Both the position numbers and the translations under genes were made by a program. A DNA stretch of 64,000 bases. Source: a virus (Duplodnaviria > Caudoviricetes). Below, piece after piece: positions 8,011 through 17,869 of this stretch. Each line of letters starts with the position of its first letter. Positions within the stretch are counted from its first letter, which is position 1. The notes below the pieces were generated by a model. That model searched no databases. It saw only the letters and a program-made list of their open reading frames with translations, and was not told the DNA's origin. The DNA lies in IMG/VR virus record IMGVR_UViG_2663762783_000006, positions 25,743-89,742 of that record; one strand, given 5' to 3'.

Positions 8011-10509
8011 TTAGCGCACTCCTGCCTGCATTCCGACGCCACCCGTTGCGGCGTGCGCAAGGCCACGATCTGAAAGGTTTTGTGTCAGTGGCAGCTCAAC
8101 TGTCAGCGGCGCGGGCGCAGCTGGCTTGTCGTTGCTGGCCAGGGGTTTGGGTATTGCGGGCACAGGGGTTACGCGCAGGTTTTCAGCAGCAGGAGCCACC
8201 CGCGCAACCGCTGGCATGGCTTTAGGGGCCGGATCAATCGCCGCTGGCGCACCTGGTGCGGCGATACCAGCAGGCAGGTCCGCTTTACCCTTATTCAGGC
8301 GCGCATCCAATGCCTTATGGTTGGCTGCCAGGTACTCGGCTGCCGTCTTGCTGCCCTTGCCCACGTTGAGCGCGGCAGACGACTGCGTAAGCGTAGACAG
8401 CTCGTTCATGCTCTTGCCTTGCGCCGCGCCCTTGAGCAGGTCTACGCCAGCGGTAGGGCCAAGCTGGTGGAGCATGTAGAGCGAATCACGATTGACCGGC
8501 AGGCCCGCCTTTTTCAGTACAGCAGCGTTCTGCTGCGCAAGCTTCATACCGCCCTCGATATTCTGGTCAACGTCGAAACGGTCGGTAATGCCCAGCCCTG
8601 TAGCAGTCCGTCCGGTCATCTGGTACACGCCAATCGCGCCGGTAGACGAGATGGCATTGGCATTGCCGCCCGACTCAATATTGGCCATGTCTAGCATGTC
8701 CTGCGGGTTAAGCCCTGCCGCCTTGGCGCTGGCAATGATCTTGTTTTGTATGTCCAGCGGCATGCCGCCCTTAAGGCTGCCGGTCGTGTTGGCTCCAGTG
8801 GTCTTAAGCTCGCGAATGCGCGCCGCTTCCTCGTTGGTATAGCTGCCCATCTTGGCCAGCTGCGCGCCACCCTTGATGCCGTCAAAGGTCTCCTTGTGGC
8901 GGTAGCCCTTATCCAGCGAGCCGACCAGGCGGCCGCCTGCAATGGTTGCCGCCTCATAGGCGGAGCTTGCCTTGTCCTTGACCGTAGAAGCCGCGCTTGA
9001 GGCGGTATCCTTTGCGCCCTGCCAGGCTTCGCCCGCCTTATTGGCCACGGCCTTACCCACGTCCTTAACACGGCCTAGCTTTTCATCGATCCAATCGCCG
9101 ATGCCGTCAAAGACTTTTGTAGCGCTGGACTTGATATCGTCCCATGCCTTGGCAATGCCGCTTGTGACAGCGTCCCAACTCTTGGTCACGCCGCTCGTGA
9201 CGCCTGCCCAGGCAGTCTGGAACCACTCCATTGAAGCGTCCCAGGCTTTGCCAATACCCTCAAAGACAGGTTGCAGGTATGGCGATATCAGCTCACCAAA
9301 CTTACCGGCCAGGCCAAAGGTCAGCAGGTTGCCCAAGTCGCCCAGCACGCCCACAAAGCGAACGCCCAACTCTTGCGCAAGCGAGCCGTTCAGCTCGACG
9401 CCCAGGCGCTTGGCATATTCCTCGGTTGACGTGTTAAAGCCTTTGACGGCAGCCAGCATGCCCGCAAGCGGTAGCGCAAGCTTGCCCAGCGGTCCCAGGA
9501 ACTTGGCAATCTTTCCGCCAATGCCTGCCAGGCCGCCCAGCGCACGACCAGCCAGGCCCGCCACACCCTTGACGCCCTTGCCCAGCAGACCAAAGCCAGG
9601 AATGCGGCGCAAAAGGCCCATAATCAGGCCAAAGCCCTTGCTTATCAGGCCGCCGCCAGACTCCCTGCCTGTTTTCTTGTTCAGGTCGCGCAGCTGGTCC
9701 CATATCCTGCGATACCAGGGCACCACGACTTTGCGCTCGGCGTTCTCCAGGTCCTTGCCTGGCCTGCGGATCAAGCCAAGCAGACCTTTCACAGGGCGCA
9801 TCAACGGCGAGACAATACCGCTAGCCTCTTTTGCCGCCCCGATAGCAGGGTCTACCTGCTCATATCCGTCTGCCGCGCCACTAATACCGTCTCGCGCGCC
9901 GCCAAACATATCCTTGAGCTTGCCCAGGATACGCGACGTGCGTGACTCCTCCTTTTGGCGGCTCTCGCTATCACTTTCACCGTTGCCGCCATTGCCACGC
10001 CCAACAAAACGCCCGTTAGCGCCTCTCTGGGGTGTTTCGGCGGTTTCGGCAAGGATAGGTGCCCGATTGCGGCGAGCGCTTGGCTCGCGCGCTTGCAGGG
10101 GCGCTGGCGCGGGAGCGGATACCGGCACAGGCGCAGCAACGTCAGCAGAAGCCGCCGCGCTGGACTGCACAGGCGCGCGCAAGTCACTTGCAGGCGTGCT
10201 TGGCAGGAAGCGCCCAAGCTCATCACGCGCACGACTCTGCGCCCGCTGCGCCCGCATAACGGCGTCATTGGCCGCATTAACCTGAGCCAGGCGACGAATA
10301 GAGGCAGACAGCTGCGTTATCTGAGACGCTGGCGCACGCTCAGGCACAGGCGTTTTGCGCTCTGTCTTGTGCATCACGTCCAGCATGTCGGCGGTATCGC
10401 GCTTGATTGACCTCAGTAGGCGCAGGCGCTCGCGCTCGCCGCTAAGGTCTAGCGGCGTGCCTCCGGTAACAAATCCCTCGTTGTCATGGCGAAGCGACAG
10501 GCGATCCAT
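8011..10509 (-). CDS. Tape-measure-like protein with soluble lytic transglycosylase domain (P1 Sit-like)
   Basis: Trp-periodic helical repeats; IESGGNANAISSTGAIGVYQM SLT motif. Confidence 0.8.
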   Translation of the reverse strand: MDRLSLRHDNEGFVTGGTPLDLSGERERLRLLRSIKRDTADMLDVMHKTERKTPVPERAPASQITQLSASIRRLAQVNAANDAVMRAQRAQSRARDELGRFLPSTPASDLRAPVQSSAAASADVAAPVPVSAPAPAPLQAREPSARRNRAPILAETAETPQRGANGRFVGRGNGGNGESDSESRQKEESRTSRILGKLKDMFGGARDGISGAADGYEQVDPAIGAAKEASGIVSPLMRPVKGLLGLIRRPGKDLENAERKVVVPWYRRIWDQLRDLNKKTGRESGGGLISKGFGLIMGLLRRIPGFGLLGKGVKGVAGLAGRALGGLAGIGGKIAKFLGPLGKLALPLAGMLAAVKGFNTSTEEYAKRLGVELNGSLAQELGVRFVGVLGDLGNLLTFGLAGKFGELISPYLQPVFEGIGKAWDASMEWFQTAWAGVTSGVTKSWDAVTSGIAKAWDDIKSSATKVFDGIGDWIDEKLGRVKDVGKAVANKAGEAWQGAKDTASSAASTVKDKASSAYEAATIAGGRLVGSLDKGYRHKETFDGIKGGAQLAKMGSYTNEEAARIRELKTTGANTTGSLKGGMPLDIQNKIIASAKAAGLNPQDMLDMANIESGGNANAISSTGAIGVYQMTGRTATGLGITDRFDVDQNIEGGMKLAQQNAAVLKKAGLPVNRDSLYMLHQLGPTAGVDLLKGAAQGKSMNELSTLTQSSAALNVGKGSKTAAEYLAANHKALDARLNKGKADLPAGIAAPGAPAAIDPAPKAMPAVARVAPAAENLRVTPVPAIPKPLASNDKPAAPAPLTVELPLTQNLSDRGLAHAATGGVGMQAGVR

Positions 10510-11366
10510 TAGCTAATACCGTACTTATGGAGCGTGCGGCGCTGTGTGGGCGTCTTCGGCGGCTCAGGCTCCTTAACGACCGGCTCAGGCTCGTATTCAG
10601 CCAATGGCGCAGTCAGGAAGCTATCGGCGCTATCAAGGGCGCAATGCTTGTGTACCTTGATCGGCGTTACGTCCATGACGCTATCTAGCGCAGCCTTGGG
10701 CTTGCCGGTCTTGGCCAAGCGGTCAATCAGGTATTCGTTTTCATCCGCCAGCTTGCTGATTGTCTGCATGGCACTGTCATACATGGCTTGCAGCTTTTCA
10801 GCGCGGCCTTGCTCGCTTTCAAATAGCTTGTTGCACTCCTCCAGCAGCTGGCGCTGCTCAGCCACGGCATCGAAAATCGGCTGGCCCGCCGCGTCCAGGG
10901 CGTAGCCGCGATTGTTGGAGTAGTTCGGCTCGATCACGTAGTCAAAGCCAAAGAAGTCCACCGCAATCGCAGGATCGTTCGGCGACAGCTGGATAGCGCT
11001 GGAGAAGCCGCCGACCTTATTACGCCACATGCGCGCCGCGATCTTGCCCGACGTGTTGTCGAAAAACTCGATTTCGTACTCAACGTCGCCGTTGTCTTCG
11101 GCCTTGATGGACACCAGGCGCAAGGCAGGCTCAATGCTCACAGCCTGGCCCTTCACGACGCCGCCCTCAGCCGGATTCAGGCCAAACTGCACGCGGGGCC
11201 AGTGGCCAAAATAACCGACCATATCACCCAGCTTTACACGCTCTTGCACGCTTGGACTGTTAATGATCCTGGCAGCAACGCGGGTATTTAGATTGCGTTC
11301 TATGCCCCGCGCAAAGCGGCCACGCTCGCTCAGGTTGTACTTAATAATGCCAGTGCGAATACTCAT
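10509..11366 (-). CDS. Prohead protease / head processing protein (P1 Pro-like)
   Basis: GYFGH, GGFSSA, GFDYV.EPN motifs; immediately downstream of portal. Confidence 0.75.
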   Translation of the reverse strand: MSIRTGIIKYNLSERGRFARGIERNLNTRVAARIINSPSVQERVKLGDMVGYFGHWPRVQFGLNPAEGGVVKGQAVSIEPALRLVSIKAEDNGDVEYEIEFFDNTSGKIAARMWRNKVGGFSSAIQLSPNDPAIAVDFFGFDYVIEPNYSNNRGYALDAAGQPIFDAVAEQRQLLEECNKLFESEQGRAEKLQAMYDSAMQTISKLADENEYLIDRLAKTGKPKAALDSVMDVTPIKVHKHCALDSADSFLTAPLAEYEPEPVVKEPEPPKTPTQRRTLHKYGIS

Positions 11367-12991
11367 TTCTCGTCGTCCTCCTCATCTGCGCCAGGCGCAT
11401 CGTTTGCGTCTACTTCAAGCGCGTCAGGGTCTGTTTCGTCATCGCCAAACCCGCCGCCGAACCCGCCTTGACCACCTGGCGGCTCTGGCGGCTTGGCGTT
11501 CTCGATGCCCTCGGCCAAGGTCTCGGCGTAGTCGTTGTCGTACTGCATGCTCGTGGCAAAAAGCTGCACAACGGTTTTGCGTGGCAGGCCCAGCTCCCGT
11601 ATCTGCTGCATGATCTGCACGAGCAACGCGGTGGAATTGGTTGCGCGCTCGCGACTCTCCTGCTGCTCACGCTCAAGGGCCGACGTCGCGCCGTAGAAGT
11701 TGATGGCGTAAGGCCGGTCGGACGGGTCAAAGACGTAGCCGTAGCGGTCAAAGCAGTGGACGTCTACAACGTGGTGGATGAACTCAGTCAGCGCGGTACG
11801 AATAATCTCGGAGCGCTCAGCCGCTTGGACGGACGTGCGGAAGAAACCGCCCTCGCCCAGGCCGCCCGCCAACTGGTCAGCAAAGCCCAGCAGCGCAAGG
11901 TCAATGCCCAGCGCGCCTGCCAGGAGCTTGGCCTGTAGCATGACGTCTTCAATCGATATCGTTGAGCTACCGGCAGAGCCCTGAAACGACTGGACTTGCG
12001 TCAGCTGCTTTTCGTTATCGACGGGCAGCACATGAGTAATGCGCTCGGTCGAAAACTTGCCCTCCTCAATCAGCTTGCGCGTGCGTTCCTTGCTGGCCTT
12101 GAGCAGGTTGCCCAGGGAGGCCATCAGCATGTTGCGGTTCTCAAGCGACATGCCGCTCATGTTGACGGTCATCAGGGATTCATCAATCGAACCCAGGATG
12201 CGGTTAGAGACCAGGCCCAGGAGGCTGGTGGACAATCGGTCATAGGGCGTCTCAGCCGCCTCTAGGAACGATCCGCCGACCAGGGACGGCACATGCGGCC
12301 ACTCCTCGACGTTGTCCTTGGCCAAGGCAATGACCTGCGCGATTTCTTGCGCCTTGACCTGCGGAACCCAGCCCATACGGGCCATTTTGCAGCGGGCCAT
12401 CTGCTTGACGGTAAAGCGCTCGGAGATTTTCTTGGTGCTGGCCGTCACCAGGTAGCCCGTCGTCGTGTTACCACGCTCATACGGCTGCACCAGCGGCGGC
12501 AGGATCATGTCGCCGGTATACATCTCGGTAACGCCGACACCTTTCTTGCTGATTAGCCGCGCGTAGGAGTCGCCAAAGCCTGCCGCCTTAAAGGCAATCG
12601 TGTGCGCGTCGCGATTAAGGAGCGGCAGCAGCGCTCTAGCAATCTCCTCGACCTGCTTTTTAAGCGCACCGGATACGTCCTTTTTCGGCTCCAGAAAAAT
12701 CGTGTCGCCCGACGTCTCGTGCCCGCCTAGCGCTTGCGTGACATGCGCGCGCAGGGCCGTGGAGATAATCGGGTCGCCCATCATCAAGTGGTATTTTTCG
12801 TAAATGGTTGCGCGGGATCGGGCAGGGTTTTTGCCGGAACCCAGCAGCATGGAGACCGTTACGCCGTCGTAGCCGTAGGCTATAGCGTCGGTCTCGATGT
12901 TTTGTGCCGACTCGACGACGCCCAGGAATCGCCGTGACGCCGCCTTGAGGCCGTTTAATAAGTTCACCATGTTTACCAGGCCGTTAGCCAA
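11363..12991 (-). CDS. Portal protein (P1 Prt-like); start may be ATG at 12970
   Basis: ~540 aa, M..DPIISTAL..H...ALG, acidic C-tail; portal-protease gene order. Confidence 0.75.
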   Translation of the reverse strand: MANGLVNMVNLLNGLKAASRRFLGVVESAQNIETDAIAYGYDGVTVSMLLGSGKNPARSRATIYEKYHLMMGDPIISTALRAHVTQALGGHETSGDTIFLEPKKDVSGALKKQVEEIARALLPLLNRDAHTIAFKAAGFGDSYARLISKKGVGVTEMYTGDMILPPLVQPYERGNTTTGYLVTASTKKISERFTVKQMARCKMARMGWVPQVKAQEIAQVIALAKDNVEEWPHVPSLVGGSFLEAAETPYDRLSTSLLGLVSNRILGSIDESLMTVNMSGMSLENRNMLMASLGNLLKASKERTRKLIEEGKFSTERITHVLPVDNEKQLTQVQSFQGSAGSSTISIEDVMLQAKLLAGALGIDLALLGFADQLAGGLGEGGFFRTSVQAAERSEIIRTALTEFIHHVVDVHCFDRYGYVFDPSDRPYAINFYGATSALEREQQESRERATNSTALLVQIMQQIRELGLPRKTVVQLFATSMQYDNDYAETLAEGIENAKPPEPPGGQGGFGGGFGDDETDPDALEVDANDAPGADEEDDEK

Positions 12992-13048
12992 TTCATAATT
13001 GGCGATGTTAGGCGTGAAAAATGGCGACCTTTTCGGGCGCTTTCCGAG

Positions 13049-13534
13049 TTAGATACCTACGCTCGAATCCTGGCGTTTTTCAACAATCAGGCGCGGCAGG
13101 TACGGCGGAATCGAGCTGACGGACGTGATGCCGACCACCTCATAGGGCAGCACGAATCCCATGCCTGGCATTACCATGATCTCATCATGCTTTTTGACTT
13201 CGAACGCGCCTTCTACCTTGGGCTCTACCAGGCACTCCATTGCGCCCTCTGCGTAAATGACGCCGTCGCCGCTATCAACCACGTTGCCAGGCGCGGCCTG
13301 GTAGATACCGCAAAACAGAACCCTGCCTTCGCCGATTTCCTCGTACTCGTAATCCGGCTCGTCCTCGCTATCCAGTACGCCCAGGCCGCCCAATAGCGGC
13401 ATACCGCCAATGGCCTCCCCTTCGGAGCTGCGCTTGATCTTTTTGCGCAGCAGTGTGCATTCCATTGAGTTGGGCGCACGGAGCACCATTTGCCGCTGCG
13501 CGCGGGCCACTTGTACGGGTACGTTGGTAAGCAT
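13049..13534 (-). CDS. Putative head-completion/morphogenesis protein
   Basis: 161 aa in the structural operon, under a late-type promoter. Confidence 0.45.
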   Translation of the reverse strand: MLTNVPVQVARAQRQMVLRAPNSMECTLLRKKIKRSSEGEAIGGMPLLGGLGVLDSEDEPDYEYEEIGEGRVLFCGIYQAAPGNVVDSGDGVIYAEGAMECLVEPKVEGAFEVKKHDEIMVMPGMGFVLPYEVVGITSVSSIPPYLPRLIVEKRQDSSVGI

Positions 13535-13549
13535 GGTTCTACCTAATGG

Positions 13550-13810
13550 TTAAAGGGTGACGCGCGCTTTCGGGTCGCAGACGTCACGAGAGGCCGCCAG
13601 CAGCATGCCTGCGGTACGTGGCCACTCGTTCTCGCCGACCACAAACGGCACCATTTCATTGCCGTAGCCGACTGCAATCACAGCGGTACTCACACCAGGA
13701 TGCGCAGGGGCTTCGAGCAGGTCGGCCAGGGCGCGCAGCTTTTGCGCGACGGCGTTGTTATGGTGGGAAACAGTGGCGGGAGCAGAAGCAGTCATTTGCA
13801 AAACACTCAT
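13550..13810 (-). CDS. Hypothetical protein
   Basis: 86-aa ORF directly behind the late-type promoter at 13828-13868. Confidence 0.55.
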   Translation of the reverse strand: MSVLQMTASAPATVSHHNNAVAQKLRALADLLEAPAHPGVSTAVIAVGYGNEMVPFVVGENEWPRTAGMLLAASRDVCDPKARVTL

Positions 13811-13870
13811 GGGTTAAAAGTGGCTCCATTTTGCGGAGCCTGGCGCAGGGCTCTTGCCTGCGCTTTCCCA

Positions 13871-14977
13871 TCAGGTCGTTGCCTTGGCGGCAGCCAATGC
13901 GGCTTGTGCTTGTGCCTCGCTAAAGCCAGCAGAGCGCAGCATGGCGATAAACTTGGCATCGGGTATCTTGGCCTTGGCGGCGGGCTTTTTCGCAACCTCG
14001 GCGCGCGCAGCGGCTCTGGCAGCCAATTGCCGCTGGTAAGACGGCTGCGCCTGGCGCTGCGCCCGTTTCTCGCTGCTGGTTTTGATATTGCGTCTGCGCG
14101 AGTCTTCCTTGCGCATGGCCTCGGCCATCTTGCGCTGATCGGCAACTTTAGCGATATCTTTCGTATGGGATATGTCATCCCTAAACTTCTGAACAACGCG
14201 CTTAGCATAGGCATTGAACGTCGCAGAATGCAGGATCACTTGCATTACCCTCAGCGCGTGCTTGCAGGCGACGCCAGACAAGCCAGGGTTGGTTATCTTC
14301 GGAAAAGACAGCTCAGCCCGACCATAATTATACTCGGCCTGCGTCGCTACATAGCGGAAGAAATACTTGTGGCGGGGGCAGCTACACTCGAAGCGCAAAC
14401 GTCCACCCGTCATCTGCTTAATAATCTTGTCAGACTTCACTGGCGAAGCCACGACCGCGCCGAAGTCCAAGAACTGGACGTTTACATTGTGGTGCGTGAA
14501 TTCAGAATCAGCACTTGCATTAGTATAGAAGTGGACAACCAGTGACGTACCCTGCCCTCCTCCCTCAGTCATGGCGGCGTAATGCGTCGGGTTAGCCATG
14601 TGAATCTCTCGATTCGCGCGCTGCCGGTCAGCCTTCCACGACATGTCTATGACACTTTTCGCTCTTATGCCGCCATAGATGCGCTTAGACTTAGCTTGAT
14701 TCTTAAGCTGTCTCACGTTATGCGTGAAGGTCTTTAAATCATCTGCCGTGATGATCTTAGGTTTTCCCCCAAGCGTCGTAAACAGTGCTCGGGAGAAACT
14801 ATAATCGCCAGCAATCTCATCGGGCGATATTAGCGTATTGCCTTCTCGGCCCTGGTCGGACTGGCGTTGCCTTACCTCCTCAGCGAAGGCGCGGATTGAT
14901 TGCGCGCGAACATTACGCGCTGGCGGCAGGCTCTCGGGGCGAATCTTGGGCACTATTGGGCACCTTATCAGAGGCAT
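13871..14977 (-). CDS. SWIM-type Zn-finger morphogenesis protein
   Basis: FECSC.RHKY.FRY...NP.L.GVACKH motif. Confidence 0.6.
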   Translation of the reverse strand: MPLIRCPIVPKIRPESLPPARNVRAQSIRAFAEEVRQRQSDQGREGNTLISPDEIAGDYSFSRALFTTLGGKPKIITADDLKTFTHNVRQLKNQAKSKRIYGGIRAKSVIDMSWKADRQRANREIHMANPTHYAAMTEGGGQGTSLVVHFYTNASADSEFTHHNVNVQFLDFGAVVASPVKSDKIIKQMTGGRLRFECSCPRHKYFFRYVATQAEYNYGRAELSFPKITNPGLSGVACKHALRVMQVILHSATFNAYAKRVVQKFRDDISHTKDIAKVADQRKMAEAMRKEDSRRRNIKTSSEKRAQRQAQPSYQRQLAARAAARAEVAKKPAAKAKIPDAKFIAMLRSAGFSEAQAQAALAAAKATT

Positions 14978-16256
14978 AGCCCCAGCGTTTGCCGTAGGCT
15001 TTTTCTTTTCTTCCCCTGATAGCGTCGAATATGCTGTACCTGGCTGAGCTTTCCAGACCTAGCGACAACGCCGCATGCTCGACCGACTTATAGACTTCTC
15101 CGGTATCCAAGCATTTTACGGGACGGCAACGCGACTCATTGCGAAGGTCAGCCAGGGCAGCAAACGAATAGCTATCAAAGACTTTAGGTGCCTCATTTTC
15201 CGCCAGATAGCGCCAGCTATAACCTAGCGCTTTCCGACCTTTGCTTATAGCGCTAGGTATCGCTCCAGACTTCTCCAAGCCAAAAGCCGCATGCGCCTCT
15301 CCCGCACTTGCAAAGACCTTATTAAGCTCCACGCACAGCACTGGCTTGTGTGGCTTTACATAATCCCTTTTCCGGCCCTTAGAAGGCTTGTCCGTGCGAA
15401 CCTTAGCAGGATCAATGCCGCGAGCGATAAGCTCCTCAGCAGTCAGGTAACGCCACTGCAAAGCGGACCTAGTTGGCTTGCCGTCAAACTGCTTGTTAAT
15501 GACGGACACCGATATACCTTTAGCCTTGGCGGCATCGGCCACGCCAGGAAAATACTCTCCTGTCGTTATGCAGAATAATGGCCTTTTGTTTACGCCGACT
15601 CCGATTTTGGCCAGGTGCTCACGAAACGACGGGCTATTCTCCAAGCGAGAGCGCATTAAGGCCGACTGCCGCCTGGAATGCTTTTCGCGGTATTCAGGAT
15701 CAGCAAAAAGACGCTTGAATATCTTGCCAGACTGAACGGCCATCTTCTGCCTGTATTCTTCATCAAGCCATCTTGCCTTAAGGCGCTCGGCAGCACTGGC
15801 GCGACGCTCAGGGCATTGAGCCTGGCAGCTCATAATTTTCAACTGCGCGGCCCTGTATTCAGGGTCTTTCCAGCGCTCTCGATTCTGAACAGCGCAGCGC
15901 TGGCTATTTCTCTTGCGCCACTCAGGGTCTTTCCAGAAGTCATGCAGCACCTTGGCTACAGTTACCTCAATATTGTATTCAGGCTGGATATGATTAATAG
16001 CCAGCTGCTCAAGGTCTCGTAACGTCTCCCGCTCACACAGCAGCACGATATCGAATTGCATGGCCTGCGCACCATATTTTCGAGCGGCATACCGAAGTTT
16101 CGCATTGTAGTGGTCGCCGCGCGCAAAGTGGCCGCGATGCTCATTTATTCGCTTCTGTATATTGGCCGAACTGCCGATATACATTTTTCCGCTTGGACTT
16201 GTGATCTTGTAAAGACCACAAAGGTGCTTCCTTGCCATATCGAACCTTTCAATCAA
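14913..16256 (-). CDS. Free-standing GIY-YIG homing endonuclease with NUMOD-type DNA-binding repeats
   Basis: GLYKITSPSGKMYIGSS..I.KR..EH, E and YN motifs; three C-terminal K.V.C..tg..f.s...A repeats; lower GC. Confidence 0.85.
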   Translation of the reverse strand: MIERFDMARKHLCGLYKITSPSGKMYIGSSANIQKRINEHRGHFARGDHYNAKLRYAARKYGAQAMQFDIVLLCERETLRDLEQLAINHIQPEYNIEVTVAKVLHDFWKDPEWRKRNSQRCAVQNRERWKDPEYRAAQLKIMSCQAQCPERRASAAERLKARWLDEEYRQKMAVQSGKIFKRLFADPEYREKHSRRQSALMRSRLENSPSFREHLAKIGVGVNKRPLFCITTGEYFPGVADAAKAKGISVSVINKQFDGKPTRSALQWRYLTAEELIARGIDPAKVRTDKPSKGRKRDYVKPHKPVLCVELNKVFASAGEAHAAFGLEKSGAIPSAISKGRKALGYSWRYLAENEAPKVFDSYSFAALADLRNESRCRPVKCLDTGEVYKSVEHAALSLGLESSARYSIFDAIRGRKEKAYGKRWGYASDKVPNSAQDSPREPAASA

Positions 16257-16295
16257 TGTTATCGGTTCGATTATATAGAAACTACAGGCTAATAA

Positions 16296-16589
16296 TCAGC
16301 TCTGAATAATGGCGGTGCTGGTAAAGCCGGTCTGCTGCTTTATGGCTTCAAGCTGCGCATGTGTGGGTAGGATAATGGTGCGCTGCGTAAGCTTCTGGTC
16401 GAATCGATCCAGGCCAGCGGCGGCCATCACGGCTAGGGATTCGTCACGATTGCCATAGACGCGCTGAGACACCAGCGGCAGGTTATATTCCTCGTCGGGC
16501 TTAACATCGTAGCGAATTGCGTCGTGCCAGGTCTCGCGAGTCGCGGAGAAGGTACGGACGGCTTTGTAAAAGTTGGCTGCTTCTTTCAT
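16296..16589 (-). CDS. Tail X / LysM-like baseplate protein
   Basis: Y.VKPDE...L.LVS.RVYG.R.E...VMAAAG motif; ATG at 16587-16589. Confidence 0.65.
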   Translation of the reverse strand: MKEAANFYKAVRTFSATRETWHDAIRYDVKPDEEYNLPLVSQRVYGNRDESLAVMAAAGLDRFDQKLTQRTIILPTHAQLEAIKQQTGFTSTAIIQS

Positions 16590-16643
16590 GCAGCGCAGTG
16601 TGCGCAAGCTCAGAGCGAGCCTGCGCGGTCACTTTCCGAACGG

Positions 16644-17129
16644 CTAGCGATATGCTTCGCGATACTGCGTGACCACCGAGGCCAGCAGTTCAAAGGGCGT
16701 ATTTTCGGCCAGCGCATACAGCTCAGGCGGCACACTTATTACGCCGACCACAGCAGGCTTTTCAGGCGTTACCGTACCAGCAGGCTTTGGCGCGCCGCGC
16801 GGCAATAACACGGCATCAGCTGCGCGCCAGCCCTCTTTGATTCGGCGATAGGCCGTCGCGACACCGACGACGCCAAAATGACGGCATAGCTCGTCGATAG
16901 AGCCCGTTATACCCTTGACGCAGCGCAAGCCCTTGGCGCGCGTTGTTTTCGCACCCAAGTGATGATTAGGCCAGCTCGTGACGCCAGCCGATGCGCACAT
17001 TTGGCGAAAGCTGGTTTCAGGAATGCCTAACTGCTTGGCAGCAGTCCGGCGCGGCAGGCCCTTTAGGCGCAGGGCCTCGGCCTCATAGGCAAACGTGCCT
17101 GGCGTGAACGAATTTACAGGTTGACTCAT
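16644..17129 (-). CDS. HTH-containing protein
   Basis: G.PRRTAAKQLGIPETSF HTH; YRRIKEGW motif. Confidence 0.5.
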   Translation of the reverse strand: MSQPVNSFTPGTFAYEAEALRLKGLPRRTAAKQLGIPETSFRQMCASAGVTSWPNHHLGAKTTRAKGLRCVKGITGSIDELCRHFGVVGVATAYRRIKEGWRAADAVLLPRGAPKPAGTVTPEKPAVVGVISVPPELYALAENTPFELLASVVTQYREAYR

Positions 17130-17151
17130 GGTAACAACCTCATGAGAACAG

Positions 17152-17508
17152 TTAGCGGTCTAGGTCCGCGTGCTCGATAACAGTTAAAACACTTTCCACC
17201 GCACGACGGCGCACGAACGCGCCAGCCGTCAGACGCTTAACCAGGCGCATTGCAAGGCGCAGGCCAGCCCTATGGCCGCGCTTATACATAGCCCTTGCGC
17301 GGGCGTCCGCTTCTGCTACGCGGGCCTGCTCAGCGCTTAGCGTCACGCGCAGGGCGGCCATTTCCTCGCTCATCAGGCGCACGGTATTGCGCAGAACATA
17401 CGCGCAGGTATGCGACTGAGGGTTTTGCGGCGTGGTGACGTGGCCGCATACGAAACAGGTCTGTTTCTCTTGCATGGCGATGGCTCGAAGGTAATCAAAA
17501 GAGGCCAC
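17152..17508 (-). CDS. Hypothetical protein
   Basis: 118-aa ORF with CxxC in a co-oriented operon. Confidence 0.45.
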   Translation of the reverse strand: MASFDYLRAIAMQEKQTCFVCGHVTTPQNPQSHTCAYVLRNTVRLMSEEMAALRVTLSAEQARVAEADARARAMYKRGHRAGLRLAMRLVKRLTAGAFVRRRAVESVLTVIEHADLDR

Positions 17509-17546
17509 TTTGCCAGGTGGAAAAGGGCCTCTTTACGGCTGGTTTC

Positions 17547-17867
17547 CTACCGATGCGGCTGCAAATAGCCCTTGGCGATTTCATCGCACAGACCGACCGG
17601 CCACCAGGTTATTTTGCTGGCCGCTTTCTGCATCTTGATAATCTCGCCTCTGGCGGCCAGCTTTATCAGCTCAGCACGGCACGTTGCGTTAGTCATACCG
17701 GCGCGTGTAGCAATGCTAAGCGTTGGAGCGCCCAGGCCATTGGATACACAAAACCAGTCGTTATCGACCACGCTCTTTGTTGTCAGCTGCTTTACGTGGC
17801 CCGACGGCAGGCATTGCAGCGCCTCAATACACGCTTCTTTGACATGCTCAAGAATGGTCGCGCTCAT
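17547..17867 (-). CDS. Hypothetical winged-HTH protein
   Basis: IATRAGM....CRAELIKLAARGEI wHTH-like pattern. Confidence 0.45.
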   Translation of the reverse strand: MSATILEHVKEACIEALQCLPSGHVKQLTTKSVVDNDWFCVSNGLGAPTLSIATRAGMTNATCRAELIKLAARGEIIKMQKAASKITWWPVGLCDEIAKGYLQPHR

Positions 17868-17869
17868 TA

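Noticed and set aside
8972-10285. 437-aa + strand ORF and similar long antisense ORFs (8080..8694, 13700..14545, 19089..19838, 30224..30910, 49709..50377)
   Set aside because: Shadow frames opposite well-supported genes in high-GC DNA; no motifs or SD
14913-16295. Group I intron around the GIY-YIG gene
   Set aside because: Flanking genes have their own start and stop, and there is no room for an intron core
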